In this document: positions 29,238 through 38,713 of the stretch, piece after piece
Layout of the letters: the number at the start of each line of letters is the position of its first letter
Position numbering within the stretch: position 1 is the first letter of the stretch
NCBI GenBank assembly: GCA_965116925.1
Contig: OZ220744.1
Location: forward strand, 3,904,001 to 3,968,000
Direction: 5' to 3'
Origin: Candidatus Poribacteria bacterium
GTDB taxonomy: Bacteria > Poribacteria > WGA-4E > PCPOR2b
DNA length: 64,000 bases
Notes under the pieces: model-generated
What the model was told of the DNA's origin: nothing
Database searches by the model: none
Seen by the model: only the letters and a program-made list of their open reading frames with translations
Position numbers and translations under genes: made by a program

Positions 29238-30323
29238 ATGACAATACAACATCCACAGACAGACAAAATCAACTTGAAAGAGTTGACGCTGCTGGAGCTA
29301 GAAGAATTGGTGACAGGGTGGGACGAACCGAAATATCGTGCGAAGCAACTGATGTCATGGCTGTATCGTAGACGGGTGGAGACCTTCGAAGAAATGACGA
29401 ACCTGCCTCATAAGCTAAGACAGACGTTGGCAGGTCTCGCTTACATCAGCGGTGCACGTGTCCTCACGCGCACAACTTCCAATGCCGACATGGCAGTCAA
29501 ATACTTGTTTGAACTCACTGATGGCAGTCAGGTCGAAAGCGTCCTGATGTATGATCAAGACCGCATCACCGTCTGTGTTTCGTCACAGGTGGGTTGTGCG
29601 ATGGCGTGCGATTTCTGCGCGACTGCGAAGATGGGATTTTTCCGTAATTTAACAGCGGCGGAGATTTTGGACCAATTGATAACAATTGAACGTGAACTAG
29701 ACAGTGAAAAAGGTGTGACCCATGTTGTGTTCATGGGGATGGGGGAGCCGTTGGCAAACTACGATCAGACCGTGAAAGCCATCCGTTTGATGACAGATAC
29801 GAATGGGTTAGGCATATCTGAGGGGAAGATCACCGTCTCCACTTCCGGTTTAGCTCCGCGCATACGGCAATTTACCCATGAGCAGTTCAAGTGCAATCTC
29901 GCCCTTTCGTTAAACGCCACAATAGACGAAGTCCGCACACGCCTGATGCCTATCAATACTAAATATCCAATTGATGAAGTCCTCGATGCCACACGGGAAT
30001 GGGCACTTGCGACGCAACGACCCGCCACGCTTGAGTATGTCCTGATTCGCGGTGTGAACGACAGTGTTGGAGACGCGAGACGCCTCCGCAAACTAATGGG
30101 ACGGCTCCCGTGCAAGCTAAACCTTATCCCCTTCAACGAGATTGAAGGGGCCGATTTTCAACGTCCTGAGCTTGATCAGATCGAACGATTCCGTCGCATC
30201 GTCGCAGATGGGCACCATGTCGCACCGATCCGGTTCAGTAAGGGCAGAGACATCGCCGCCGCCTGTGGCCAACTCCGAACAACTTACGAAAAGCAGGGCG
30301 CGATGCTGTCGCAGGTGTCATAG
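29238..30323 (+). CDS. rlmN: 23S rRNA/tRNA m2A methyltransferase RlmN
   Basis: CVSSQVGCAMACDFC, FMGMGEP, NLIPFN, DIAAACGQL. Confidence 0.95.
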   Translation: MTIQHPQTDKINLKELTLLELEELVTGWDEPKYRAKQLMSWLYRRRVETFEEMTNLPHKLRQTLAGLAYISGARVLTRTTSNADMAVKYLFELTDGSQVESVLMYDQDRITVCVSSQVGCAMACDFCATAKMGFFRNLTAAEILDQLITIERELDSEKGVTHVVFMGMGEPLANYDQTVKAIRLMTDTNGLGISEGKITVSTSGLAPRIRQFTHEQFKCNLALSLNATIDEVRTRLMPINTKYPIDEVLDATREWALATQRPATLEYVLIRGVNDSVGDARRLRKLMGRLPCKLNLIPFNEIEGADFQRPELDQIERFRRIVADGHHVAPIRFSKGRDIAAACGQLRTTYEKQGAMLSQVS

Positions 30324-30335
30324 CAAATTCCCATT

Positions 30336-31334
30336 ATGCTTTCTGATCTTGCTACCTCTATTCAGGTATCCATCCATCAGAGCTACAACCTCACCATCGA
30401 GTCCGCAACACCAATCGGCACCGGCGCAATGAGTACAACGATGCGACTCGCGACGAACCGGGGGATATGGTTCCTGAAAATCTATAGGTCAGCGCGAAAT
30501 CAGAAGCCCCCTGTACAACCCGACCTCCAACGAATCGCCTTCACGCACATCGTCCAAAACTTTCTGTATCAGGAAGGTTTTCCTGTTCCTCGGTTGCTGC
30601 CGAACAATAGTGGAGAAACGTTCAGCGTGTGTGACACCCCTATGGAAACAGGGGAGGTGTATGCCCTCTCTGAATTTATCGAGGGATCTGACTACGACGT
30701 TGCGAATTCGGAGCAGCTACGCACATCGGGGAAGATGCTTGGACGTTTACACCAACAACTCCTTCAGTTTCAACCCCAAATTCAACTTGCCGGACCTCCT
30801 CTAGAAACGGAGATCTTTATACAACTGCAAGAGCGTTTATCCCGCCTCCAACCTGTTGTGGAGAAAGGTCCGGTGTCATTAGCCCAAATTGATTCATGGA
30901 TTCATGAAATCGAGGTACTTAGGGATTCAGTCGGTGCAATAGACGATACGCAATACGAACAGAACTGGCTCATACATGGCGATTACCGCGCTCAAAACCT
31001 CAAGTTTGATGGTATGGGCATTCGTGCAATCTTAGATTTGGATACCGCTTGTTCAGCACCCCGTCTGTATGACTTGGGATACGCACTGATGTTCTTCCCC
31101 GCCGTTTATCAAGATACTCCTCTAACCCTGAATCAGCAATCCATATTTCTGCGCGCCTACGAAAGTATCTGCCCATTATCTGAAACCGAAAGGGCTATGC
31201 TTCCGACTCACCTGCGGCTTGCCTTCCTACGTGGGATGACGCTTTGGCTGGATTTGTACCATTTTGCCGGGATGAGCGATCGAACACGTCCATGGATTCA
31301 AGGGTATCTGCAACATGCACAATCTCTGTTTTAA
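30336..31334 (+). CDS. APH/homoserine kinase type II-like phosphotransferase
   Basis: LGRLH, IHGDYRAQN, ILDLD, RLYDLG. Confidence 0.82.
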   Translation: MLSDLATSIQVSIHQSYNLTIESATPIGTGAMSTTMRLATNRGIWFLKIYRSARNQKPPVQPDLQRIAFTHIVQNFLYQEGFPVPRLLPNNSGETFSVCDTPMETGEVYALSEFIEGSDYDVANSEQLRTSGKMLGRLHQQLLQFQPQIQLAGPPLETEIFIQLQERLSRLQPVVEKGPVSLAQIDSWIHEIEVLRDSVGAIDDTQYEQNWLIHGDYRAQNLKFDGMGIRAILDLDTACSAPRLYDLGYALMFFPAVYQDTPLTLNQQSIFLRAYESICPLSETERAMLPTHLRLAFLRGMTLWLDLYHFAGMSDRTRPWIQGYLQHAQSLF

Positions 31335-31497
31335 CCCCAATTTCATTGAGATTCAAAAGTGGCTTGAGAGAATTTATAGGCATCAACAGAGAATTATATT
31401 TACATCCGCTCTGCTTTTAGTCTATAATAATCGTCGTATCAGGTTGAGATATAGGCTTCGACCAAGACAACATTTCACTCTTTAGGAGGATATACTA

Positions 31498-31875
31498 ATG
31501 GGATACACATTTCATCACGTTCATCTGCGTTGCGAAGATGTTGAAGCAGCCGTCGCTTACTACGAAAAGATGCTCAATGGCGAGGTTACGGAGCGGGTAG
31601 AGGTACGCGGTTTGCCAATCGTTCGGATGAATATTGGTGGAGAGAAAATCTTCCTTTCACCAAAATTTGGTGACATGGAAGTGGAACCGACCAGTGGCAA
31701 TCCGCGCTGGGGTGTTTATCAACTGGCGTTTGGGGTAGCAGACCTCGATGCCACCCTTGCAGAGATGGAAGCAAAAGGAGCCGAGATTGAGGACGCTAAA
31801 CCAAATGGTTTGCCAATCGCTTTCATCAAGGGTCCAGATAACGTACAGATTGAACTGATTGAGGGGACAGTCTAG
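31498..31875 (+). CDS. VOC/glyoxalase family protein
   Basis: FHHVHL...YY; GPDNVQIEL; strong RBS. Confidence 0.85.
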   Translation: MGYTFHHVHLRCEDVEAAVAYYEKMLNGEVTERVEVRGLPIVRMNIGGEKIFLSPKFGDMEVEPTSGNPRWGVYQLAFGVADLDATLAEMEAKGAEIEDAKPNGLPIAFIKGPDNVQIELIEGTV

Positions 31876-31914
31876 CTTTTGCGGACTGATACCCCATAAG
31901 GGTAATACCACGCG

Positions 31915-31958
31915 GAAGGTAAACTTCTTCACATGAAGGGTTAAAAAGTTTACCTTCC
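31915..31958. terminator. Hairpin downstream of the VOC gene
   Basis: GGAAGGTAAACTT...AAGTTTACCTTCC, 13-bp stem. Confidence 0.45.
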
Positions 31959-32050
31959 TCTATTTCCCACCTGAGATATACCAATGAGTAAATCGCCTTG
32001 AGAAATCTGCCGGAAAACGACTAACTTTCTTGAAAAAAGGAGAGTAACAG

Positions 32051-32659
32051 ATGAGATTGGAGTTGTACACCGCCGGCGTTTCTCAAGCGAGTTTCTTGGA
32101 TTGGAAGACGCGACTCTTGGAAGACGCACAAGCGGCAGGGTTGGAGGTGGCACACTCCTCAATCCAAGAGACACCAGAAATTCTTCGAGAAAGGCTGCCA
32201 GTCGTTTTGGATGAACTTTGTTCAATCCCTGAGCAGCGGGTCCAATTTCATTCGGCAGACGAAAAGCAGTTGTGCACTTTCGCTTATACAAATTACCAGT
32301 CCCGTATGAATAGAGACTGGAACGCCTCCCTCTATTTCCCTTCAAAGGAGGCAATTTTCCTTCCCTTCGATGAAAAATTAGTTTCAAGACGGGTTGCGCA
32401 CCTCTACTATCAGGAGGGAACATCGGACAAGGTCTATCATCTTTACCTTGCCCAATCGTTGACGGACAATGGGTACTCTGTCATTAGCCGCTACGGTCGT
32501 CGTGATGGAGGTCTTCAGCAAACGGAGAAGGTGTTTGACTCCCACCTTGAGGCAGCTGAAAAGGAGTGGGGGCGACTTCACCACGACAAGCTTCAGAAAG
32601 GGTATCAGGTCGGACACCCAACCCCGCCTCAACAACTCAAATTGGCTTTGTCTTTCTAA
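32051..32659 (+). CDS. WGR-domain protein
   Basis: C-terminal LYYQEGTSDKVY...YGRR...A..EW..L..DKLQKGY pattern. Confidence 0.75.
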   Translation: MRLELYTAGVSQASFLDWKTRLLEDAQAAGLEVAHSSIQETPEILRERLPVVLDELCSIPEQRVQFHSADEKQLCTFAYTNYQSRMNRDWNASLYFPSKEAIFLPFDEKLVSRRVAHLYYQEGTSDKVYHLYLAQSLTDNGYSVISRYGRRDGGLQQTEKVFDSHLEAAEKEWGRLHHDKLQKGYQVGHPTPPQQLKLALSF

Positions 32660-32661
32660 TT

Positions 32662-34362
32662 ATGAAATACAGCGAATTTTTCCACACAATTCAGGGCGAA
32701 GGCAAACTGGTTGGTGTACCCTCTGTTTTCTTTCGGACTAGCTACTGCAATCTGAGATGCGTGTGGTGTTCTGCGATAGGTACGCGTGTTTTAACTTCAG
32801 ATCTCAGATGGATTCCCATTGAAAATCTCAGTCCCGGTGATTGGGTAGTTGGTGCATTGCGCCAAGATAAAGGAGGGCACCTGCAATTACAACCAACCCA
32901 AGTTGTTGAAACCGCAGTCCGTCGAGCCCCCATGGTCCGTTTCTTAACGGAAGATGGGATACAATTCGCCTGTTCATCGGATCATCTATTATATCAGGTA
33001 ACAACTCGAACTCAAGATAGTTCTAAGATTCATGTTGGCTGGAGAAAGGCACGAAACCTTAGCATTGGCAGAGCGGTTCGCTGTGTACTCCCACCCGAAG
33101 ATCTACAAGTGGACATGGAAGCGTATGAAAGAGGTTGGCTATGTGGTATGGCGGAAGGTGATGGCTGTTTTTGGAGTTTACGAAAAGGGAATAAAAGTTA
33201 TCGCCGATTCCGACTCGCCTTATCGAACTTTTCACTATTGGAACAATTCCAGCAGTTTGCCAAACGTGCGGGTTATCGGTTACATTTTGCCCCACATCAG
33301 CCTAAGGCGGTGCAAGATGCCCCGCCTACAGTATTCAAAAGTTATAGTGTAATGGAGGCGTTGTGGCTTACAGAATCCCAGAGGGCGGAATCCTTTGAGC
33401 GGTGGTTGAAAGCGTACCCACAAGACCAAAGTTATTGTCGTGGTTGGTTGGCAGGTTTTTTTGATGCAGAAGGGAGTTATACTGGTACAATCCGCTTTGC
33501 TCAGAAGGAGGGAATATTCAAACAAAAGGCGATTGACTTTGCAGCCAAACTCGGATTTTGTCCAACGAACGAATCCCACGGAGTTAGATTGGGTGGAACA
33601 ACGTCTGAAATTTTAAGATTCTATTCGTTATGTCAACCGCAATCTCTCAATAAATGGAATTTCTGGGGCATTTCTAGCCAAGCACACCAGCATATTGTCA
33701 ATGTTGAACATGCTGACACTGAAGAGGTGATTTCACTCAAGACTGCTTCTGGCACTTATGTTAGCGAAGGGTTACTCTCTCACAATTGCGATACCCCTTT
33801 TACCTCTTGGAATCCAGAGAATAAAGACATCACCCTTACAGAAGCTGTGGATGCGATTGCTCAATATGATTGTAAGCATGTTGTCATCACAGGGGGCGAA
33901 CCGTTCATCCAAGTTAAGGAGTTGACCCAGCTCTGCCAAGAACTTGAGGGACGTGGTCATCACATTACAATCGAAACGAATGCGACCATTTTTGCACCTG
34001 TGGCGGCGCACCTTATCTCCATGAGTCCCAAACTGCGAAACTCCAATCCGCCTGATGATAATCGTTACTTTGGTAGACATGAGCGTGGACGCATCCGCCT
34101 TGATGTGATTCGGCAATTCCTTGATCGGTACGAGTGCCAAGTCAAATTTGTTGTTGATCAACCGGCGGATCTTGAAGAGATCCAGACACTACAAGCAGAA
34201 ATTCCGATCCCCGCAGAAACAATTGTGCTGATGCCTCAAGGCATAACCCCCGAAGAGTTGGCACCTAAACAGGAGTGGCTTGTGGACATCTGTAAGGAAC
34301 ACGGTTATCGCTATTCGCCGCGGGTTCACGTTGATATTTGGGGAGATAAACGGGGGGTGTGA
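32662..34362 (+). CDS. queE: 7-carboxy-7-deazaguanine synthase (radical SAM), intein-containing
   Basis: EFFHTIQGEG...FFRT..CNLRCVW / CDT, VITGGEP, IETN, SPK, PRVHVDIWG; about 226 aa after splicing. Confidence 0.88.
   Translation: MKYSEFFHTIQGEGKLVGVPSVFFRTSYCNLRCVWCSAIGTRVLTSDLRWIPIENLSPGDWVVGALRQDKGGHLQLQPTQVVETAVRRAPMVRFLTEDGIQFACSSDHLLYQVTTRTQDSSKIHVGWRKARNLSIGRAVRCVLPPEDLQVDMEAYERGWLCGMAEGDGCFWSLRKGNKSYRRFRLALSNFSLLEQFQQFAKRAGYRLHFAPHQPKAVQDAPPTVFKSYSVMEALWLTESQRAESFERWLKAYPQDQSYCRGWLAGFFDAEGSYTGTIRFAQKEGIFKQKAIDFAAKLGFCPTNESHGVRLGGTTSEILRFYSLCQPQSLNKWNFWGISSQAHQHIVNVEHADTEEVISLKTASGTYVSEGLLSHNCDTPFTSWNPENKDITLTEAVDAIAQYDCKHVVITGGEPFIQVKELTQLCQELEGRGHHITIETNATIFAPVAAHLISMSPKLRNSNPPDDNRYFGRHERGRIRLDVIRQFLDRYECQVKFVVDQPADLEEIQTLQAEIPIPAETIVLMPQGITPEELAPKQEWLVDICKEHGYRYSPRVHVDIWGDKRGV
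32767..33786 (+). mobile_element. Intein (340 aa) with LAGLIDADG homing endonuclease
   Basis: N-terminal CSAIGTRV...IPIENL; block B SSDH; WLCGMAEGDG and WLAGFFDAEG; C-terminal GLLSHN followed by Cys+1. Confidence 0.93.
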
Positions 34363-34423
34363 GACTATCTGATTTGCCCGGCGGACCTCCGTAGTATCAG
34401 TCGTGGAGAATGGGCAAACGATC

Positions 34424-34858
34424 ATGAGTAAATTTGATCTGAACAATTTGAATATGCTGTATTTGCAACAATTGCCCGACCATCTCATCACGAAGGCGAT
34501 CAAAGCTAGCTTCATTGACGAACCAATTTGGCAGATGAGAGATGCAGTAGAGGTAATTGAGACGATTGAACAGAGTCAATTTGCCATTACGAACGTATAT
34601 GTTTACGCGCTCAAGGACGGTGTGCCAATAGTGCCCCCGGAGGCAGTATATGATTTTGAAATCGAAGAATTTCCGCTTAATTCTCCTTGGCGTCAGATAG
34701 TAAAAAAATCATCGGATATGACGCTGGATTTCGTGAAGAAATTTCTATTTTTGGCATCCGGTTCGCTCCACGGTCAAGAAGCTGCGTTCTCTTTTTGGGC
34801 TTTCAGTGAAAAAGTGTATCGCCGATTTCAGAAGTATAGCGATAAGGTAGAAGCATAA
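34424..34858 (+). CDS. Hypothetical protein, weakly Imm40-like
   Basis: W...DAVEVI...I.NVYVY and W...V..S pattern, recalled by eye only. Confidence 0.45.
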   Translation: MSKFDLNNLNMLYLQQLPDHLITKAIKASFIDEPIWQMRDAVEVIETIEQSQFAITNVYVYALKDGVPIVPPEAVYDFEIEEFPLNSPWRQIVKKSSDMTLDFVKKFLFLASGSLHGQEAAFSFWAFSEKVYRRFQKYSDKVEA

Positions 34859-34881
34859 GAAAAATATGAGGAGTAGTCTAA

Positions 34882-35997
34882 ATGAAATATGACATATTGC
34901 TCAAAGGTGGAACCGTTATTGACCCCGCGCAGAAATTGCATGACCGGCGCGACGTTGCAGTTATTGATGGAAAGATTGCAGCAATCGAGGATGATATTTC
35001 TGCAAGGGAGGCGACGCAAACGGTTTTCGTTGACGGGAAGTATGTAACTCCCGGCTTAGTAGACATCCACGCCCACGTTTACGCAGGTGTCACGACATGG
35101 GGAGTTAAAGCGGATCCGGTCTGCACAACGACTGGCGTCACGACAATAGTTGATGCTGGTAGTCCAGGTTGGGCGACATTCCCCGGTTTTCGAGAGTATA
35201 TTGCACAGCCGGCGCAAACGCACATCTTAACCTATGTCCATATCTCTGGCATCGGTCTCGTTTATGGACCTGTAGGTGAAATGCACGAGCTTGAGTACGC
35301 CAACCCTGAGAAGGTCGCAGACACGCTCATGCAGAATCGGGACATTACTGTCGGCGTTAAAGTGCGTCAGGGTAAATCCCAAGTTGGTGATAATGGTGTT
35401 GAACCGTTGAAGCTGGCAATTGCAGCCGCTGAAATTGCCGATACATCCGTCATGGTGCACATCGGGACTGGTGTTCCGCTCCCCGATGTTCTTAAACTGA
35501 TGCGCCCCGGCGATGTCGTCACCCACTGCTTTCAAGGAAATGGCGACTGTATCGTTGATGATAAAGGACGGGTTATCCCGGATGCGTGGGCAGCCCGCGA
35601 AGACGGAATTATCTTCGATGTCGGACATGGCGGCGGGAGTTTTAATTTTGAAGTCGCTCAACGAGCGATGGAGCAGGGATTTATCTCGGATGTCATCAGT
35701 ACAGATCTGCACTCCGGCAATATCAACGGTCCTGTCTACGATCTTCCGACGACGTTATCAAAATTCTTGAGTCTTGGGCTTTCGCTTGAGGAGGTCATTG
35801 AGAAATCAACGATTGCTGCGGCAAGAGCAATTGGGCGCGAAGATGATCTGGGTCATCTCAAGATCGGGGCGGTCGCCGATGTCGCTGTTTTTGATGTCAT
35901 CGAAGGCGAATTCGAGCTTTTCGATACACACGGCACCATGGTTATTGCCAACCGGAAGTTGCAAGCAGATTTAACAATCCGCGAGGGGAAACTGTGA
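34882..35997 (+). CDS. Amidohydrolase (dihydroorotase/deacetylase-like)
   Basis: PGLVDIHAH, GVTTIVDAGS, MVH, THCF, DVGHG, ISTDLH. Confidence 0.88.
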   Translation: MKYDILLKGGTVIDPAQKLHDRRDVAVIDGKIAAIEDDISAREATQTVFVDGKYVTPGLVDIHAHVYAGVTTWGVKADPVCTTTGVTTIVDAGSPGWATFPGFREYIAQPAQTHILTYVHISGIGLVYGPVGEMHELEYANPEKVADTLMQNRDITVGVKVRQGKSQVGDNGVEPLKLAIAAAEIADTSVMVHIGTGVPLPDVLKLMRPGDVVTHCFQGNGDCIVDDKGRVIPDAWAAREDGIIFDVGHGGGSFNFEVAQRAMEQGFISDVISTDLHSGNINGPVYDLPTTLSKFLSLGLSLEEVIEKSTIAAARAIGREDDLGHLKIGAVADVAVFDVIEGEFELFDTHGTMVIANRKLQADLTIREGKL

Positions 35998-36000
35998 TAT

Positions 36001-36414
36001 ATGGCGCAGAGGAAGGGCTGTTATCGGCGTGTGACGACGACCGGGCTTGTTGTGGTGATAATTCTTGCCGCGGTCGGGGCTTTGCTTTATCAAAGGTTAG
36101 GTGGACCTGAAGGGGCCCGATATTGGATGGCGGAGCGTGCCTTGAATGCCGTCGAAGCACACCTATTGACGAAAGCCCCAGATGGCAACTGGCTGCGGAA
36201 ACCGGATGGTGTATCTGCCGAAGAAATCCGTGCTCAGTTTGAGCGCATCAGAGAAGCGACCGCAGATCGTCAGACGGATCTGATAAGACTAAATAGGATT
36301 CTCAGAGAGTATCAATCCAAATTTCAGAACACACAACCAGCAACAAGTGAAGTCCTCCAATTTCTGAACGTTATTGAAGGAACGATAGTATCAAAAGCAA
36401 GCGTGGGAGGCTAA
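36001..36414 (+). CDS. Hypothetical membrane-anchored protein
   Basis: N-terminal hydrophobic helix; operonic spacing. Confidence 0.6.
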   Translation: MAQRKGCYRRVTTTGLVVVIILAAVGALLYQRLGGPEGARYWMAERALNAVEAHLLTKAPDGNWLRKPDGVSAEEIRAQFERIREATADRQTDLIRLNRILREYQSKFQNTQPATSEVLQFLNVIEGTIVSKASVGG

Positions 36415-36473
36415 CCAGATAACATAGGTAGAGCCTAGAATAATATTGAGTTGAATATTGAGGAGAACACCCT

Positions 36474-38699
36474 ATGAGTGCAGAGGAGAGACAATCAAAA
36501 GTGAATCGAGTTGGATCTACTGCCCAAAGGCTTGCAGAAAAACCCTACGAAAAGCGTGTATGTCGCATAGAGTGCTATCCAAGTTGTGTGCAACCGGGGG
36601 AGTCTTATGTCGGATTGTCTGTCGAAGAATGGGTGAACTTCATCGATGAAGTCGGTGTGGAGGTGCAGGTAGTCGATGGTGAGATTAACAGAGGTACTCC
36701 CCGATTTCGCTCAAAGATGATTCCGTCGTATCCCAATGTTGACAACGACCGCCTGCCGAGATTCTTGGAACTGGCGCACCAACGGGGCATCCTCATTCTC
36801 AGCTACTATCCCGTTATATATACCAAACCGCTCAAACCGCTGCATCCGGAATGGTTAATGCAGTTTCTGGATGATGGTAGATGTCGTTCCGAGCATTCCG
36901 AAAAATCGGAACCTGAAATCGAAAATCTGGGCTGGTTCTGTTTTAACTCACCCTATCGGGACTGGTTACCGGAATATCTCATCGAATGGCTGGATAACTT
37001 TGACCTCGACGGCTTCTATTTCGATGACACCAACTACGGATCTCACGAAGAGCGTCCTTTTTACCCCTCCTGCTGCTGCGAATACTGCGAAAAACTGTTT
37101 CGGGAAGAAACAGGGTTGGAAATTCCCCGAAAGGTTGACTTTGATTCTCTGGACTTCCGCCACTTTGTCAACTGGCGGTACGAGAAGATGAAGGACTTTA
37201 TGCACCATCTCTTCCGGCGGATTAGGGCAAAGTATCCGGATGTGATTCTCGACATGAATTCATACATTCGACCAACCGCCGATTGGTCAGACGGACACCC
37301 GCTCAACTCATTCCATCTGGAAGATGTTGGTGGCTATTTTTTCGTAGAGACATTTCGGTCCCTACGAGAACCCAACTTTACAGCAAAGGTGCTGCGGTCA
37401 ACCGGTACGCCCTTTGGTCTTTTCCGGAACGTCACTCAATCACTACAGGATTTTGGCGGTGCACCTTACCCTGACATATTTTCCCCTGCGATCGCTGGCC
37501 TTGCCGCCATCGCTAACGGCGGAGCCCCGTGCGGCAATCCTTTCGATGGACCGACAATTCTCCATAAGGATACAGTTAAGTCTGTCTTCAGCGAATTTAA
37601 GAAACGGGTCGATTACATCAAAGGCGACACAGTGAAATACGTCGCCCTCCACTACTCACAGCAGAACCGGGACTTTCGTCCGTCGGAGATTCCCAAAAAT
37701 ACGGGGCAGACCTATTTCCATGAGATTGGGCAGAAGGACGCTTACGGTGCCTACGAAATATTGAATCGGTCACATCTGTTGTTCGACTTCGTTTTGGACG
37801 AGCGATTGAACTATGAGACGTTGTCACAATACCGTTTGCTTTTTCTCTCAAACAGCGCGTGTTTGTCCGACGAACAGTGCGAGGCTATCAGAAGATTTGT
37901 CCATGAAGGTGGCACGCTCATCGCCACCTATGAGACATCGCTGCTCGACGAACTTGGCCGTGAGCGGGGCAAATTTGCCCTCTCCGATGTATTAGGCGTG
38001 GAGTACCAAGGACTGCGTGGAGGCACAAATGATCACGGTATCATATACGTCCCGCAAGATGCAGAATTGTCGCGCAAATTCGGCTATGTCATTTGCTTTT
38101 ATGGTCAAGAGTCTTCGGTGTCCGTTCTGCCGGATGCCGACGTTCATGTGCTTTGTACGCGCAGTTGTCTGGAAGGGGAGCGTCTACTGAAGGATTTTGA
38201 CCCACGGCTGGACTACGATTCGCCCGAACCTGCTATCACAATGAACCGTTATGGGAAAGGCAAAGCGATTTATATCTGTGGTGATGTGGGTGGAGCATAT
38301 ATGAACAATCCGTACCCGCCACTGAAACAGCTCATCATCGACTTGGTGAAGCGAACACCTCCACCTATTGAGTTTGAGATGCCGGAGGCTATTGAGGTGA
38401 CCGCTGCCTACCGAGGTGCGAATGAGTTGATGATTCATCTGCTCAACAATCCCACCCCACTGCTGCCGTGGCGCATTGCCAATCGTGAGAAACACGATGC
38501 GGAGATGACCACTTTTTTGTCGCTCCGTGAGGTGAACCCCATCCACAACATTCGGGTTCGGTTTAATGACTTCGCGGTGAAATCGGCACGATTGCCGCTA
38601 CAGGAGACAAATCTAGAGGTGTCAGGAAACGCCGCTGCAACGGTTGTTGTGCCGGCAGTAAGTCTCCACGAGGTGCTTCTTGTTAACTATCGGGATTAA
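36474..38699 (+). CDS. Glycoside hydrolase-like protein with beta-galactosidase trimerisation (GH42-like) domain
   Basis: HPEW, CFNSPYR, DGFYFD, CCCEYC..LF, FVHEGGTLIAT, N.YGKGKAIY. Confidence 0.75.
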   Translation: MSAEERQSKVNRVGSTAQRLAEKPYEKRVCRIECYPSCVQPGESYVGLSVEEWVNFIDEVGVEVQVVDGEINRGTPRFRSKMIPSYPNVDNDRLPRFLELAHQRGILILSYYPVIYTKPLKPLHPEWLMQFLDDGRCRSEHSEKSEPEIENLGWFCFNSPYRDWLPEYLIEWLDNFDLDGFYFDDTNYGSHEERPFYPSCCCEYCEKLFREETGLEIPRKVDFDSLDFRHFVNWRYEKMKDFMHHLFRRIRAKYPDVILDMNSYIRPTADWSDGHPLNSFHLEDVGGYFFVETFRSLREPNFTAKVLRSTGTPFGLFRNVTQSLQDFGGAPYPDIFSPAIAGLAAIANGGAPCGNPFDGPTILHKDTVKSVFSEFKKRVDYIKGDTVKYVALHYSQQNRDFRPSEIPKNTGQTYFHEIGQKDAYGAYEILNRSHLLFDFVLDERLNYETLSQYRLLFLSNSACLSDEQCEAIRRFVHEGGTLIATYETSLLDELGRERGKFALSDVLGVEYQGLRGGTNDHGIIYVPQDAELSRKFGYVICFYGQESSVSVLPDADVHVLCTRSCLEGERLLKDFDPRLDYDSPEPAITMNRYGKGKAIYICGDVGGAYMNNPYPPLKQLIIDLVKRTPPPIEFEMPEAIEVTAAYRGANELMIHLLNNPTPLLPWRIANREKHDAEMTTFLSLREVNPIHNIRVRFNDFAVKSARLPLQETNLEVSGNAAATVVVPAVSLHEVLLVNYRD

Positions 38700-38713
38700 A
38701 TAGGAGATCTTAA

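Noticed and set aside
32566..32661. N-terminal extensions in the ORF track (queE, gatB, ABC exporter, FGE protein, LamG copy 1, membrane paralogue 2)
   Set aside because: They overlap upstream genes or repeats; downstream starts match family N-termini or RBS positions better.
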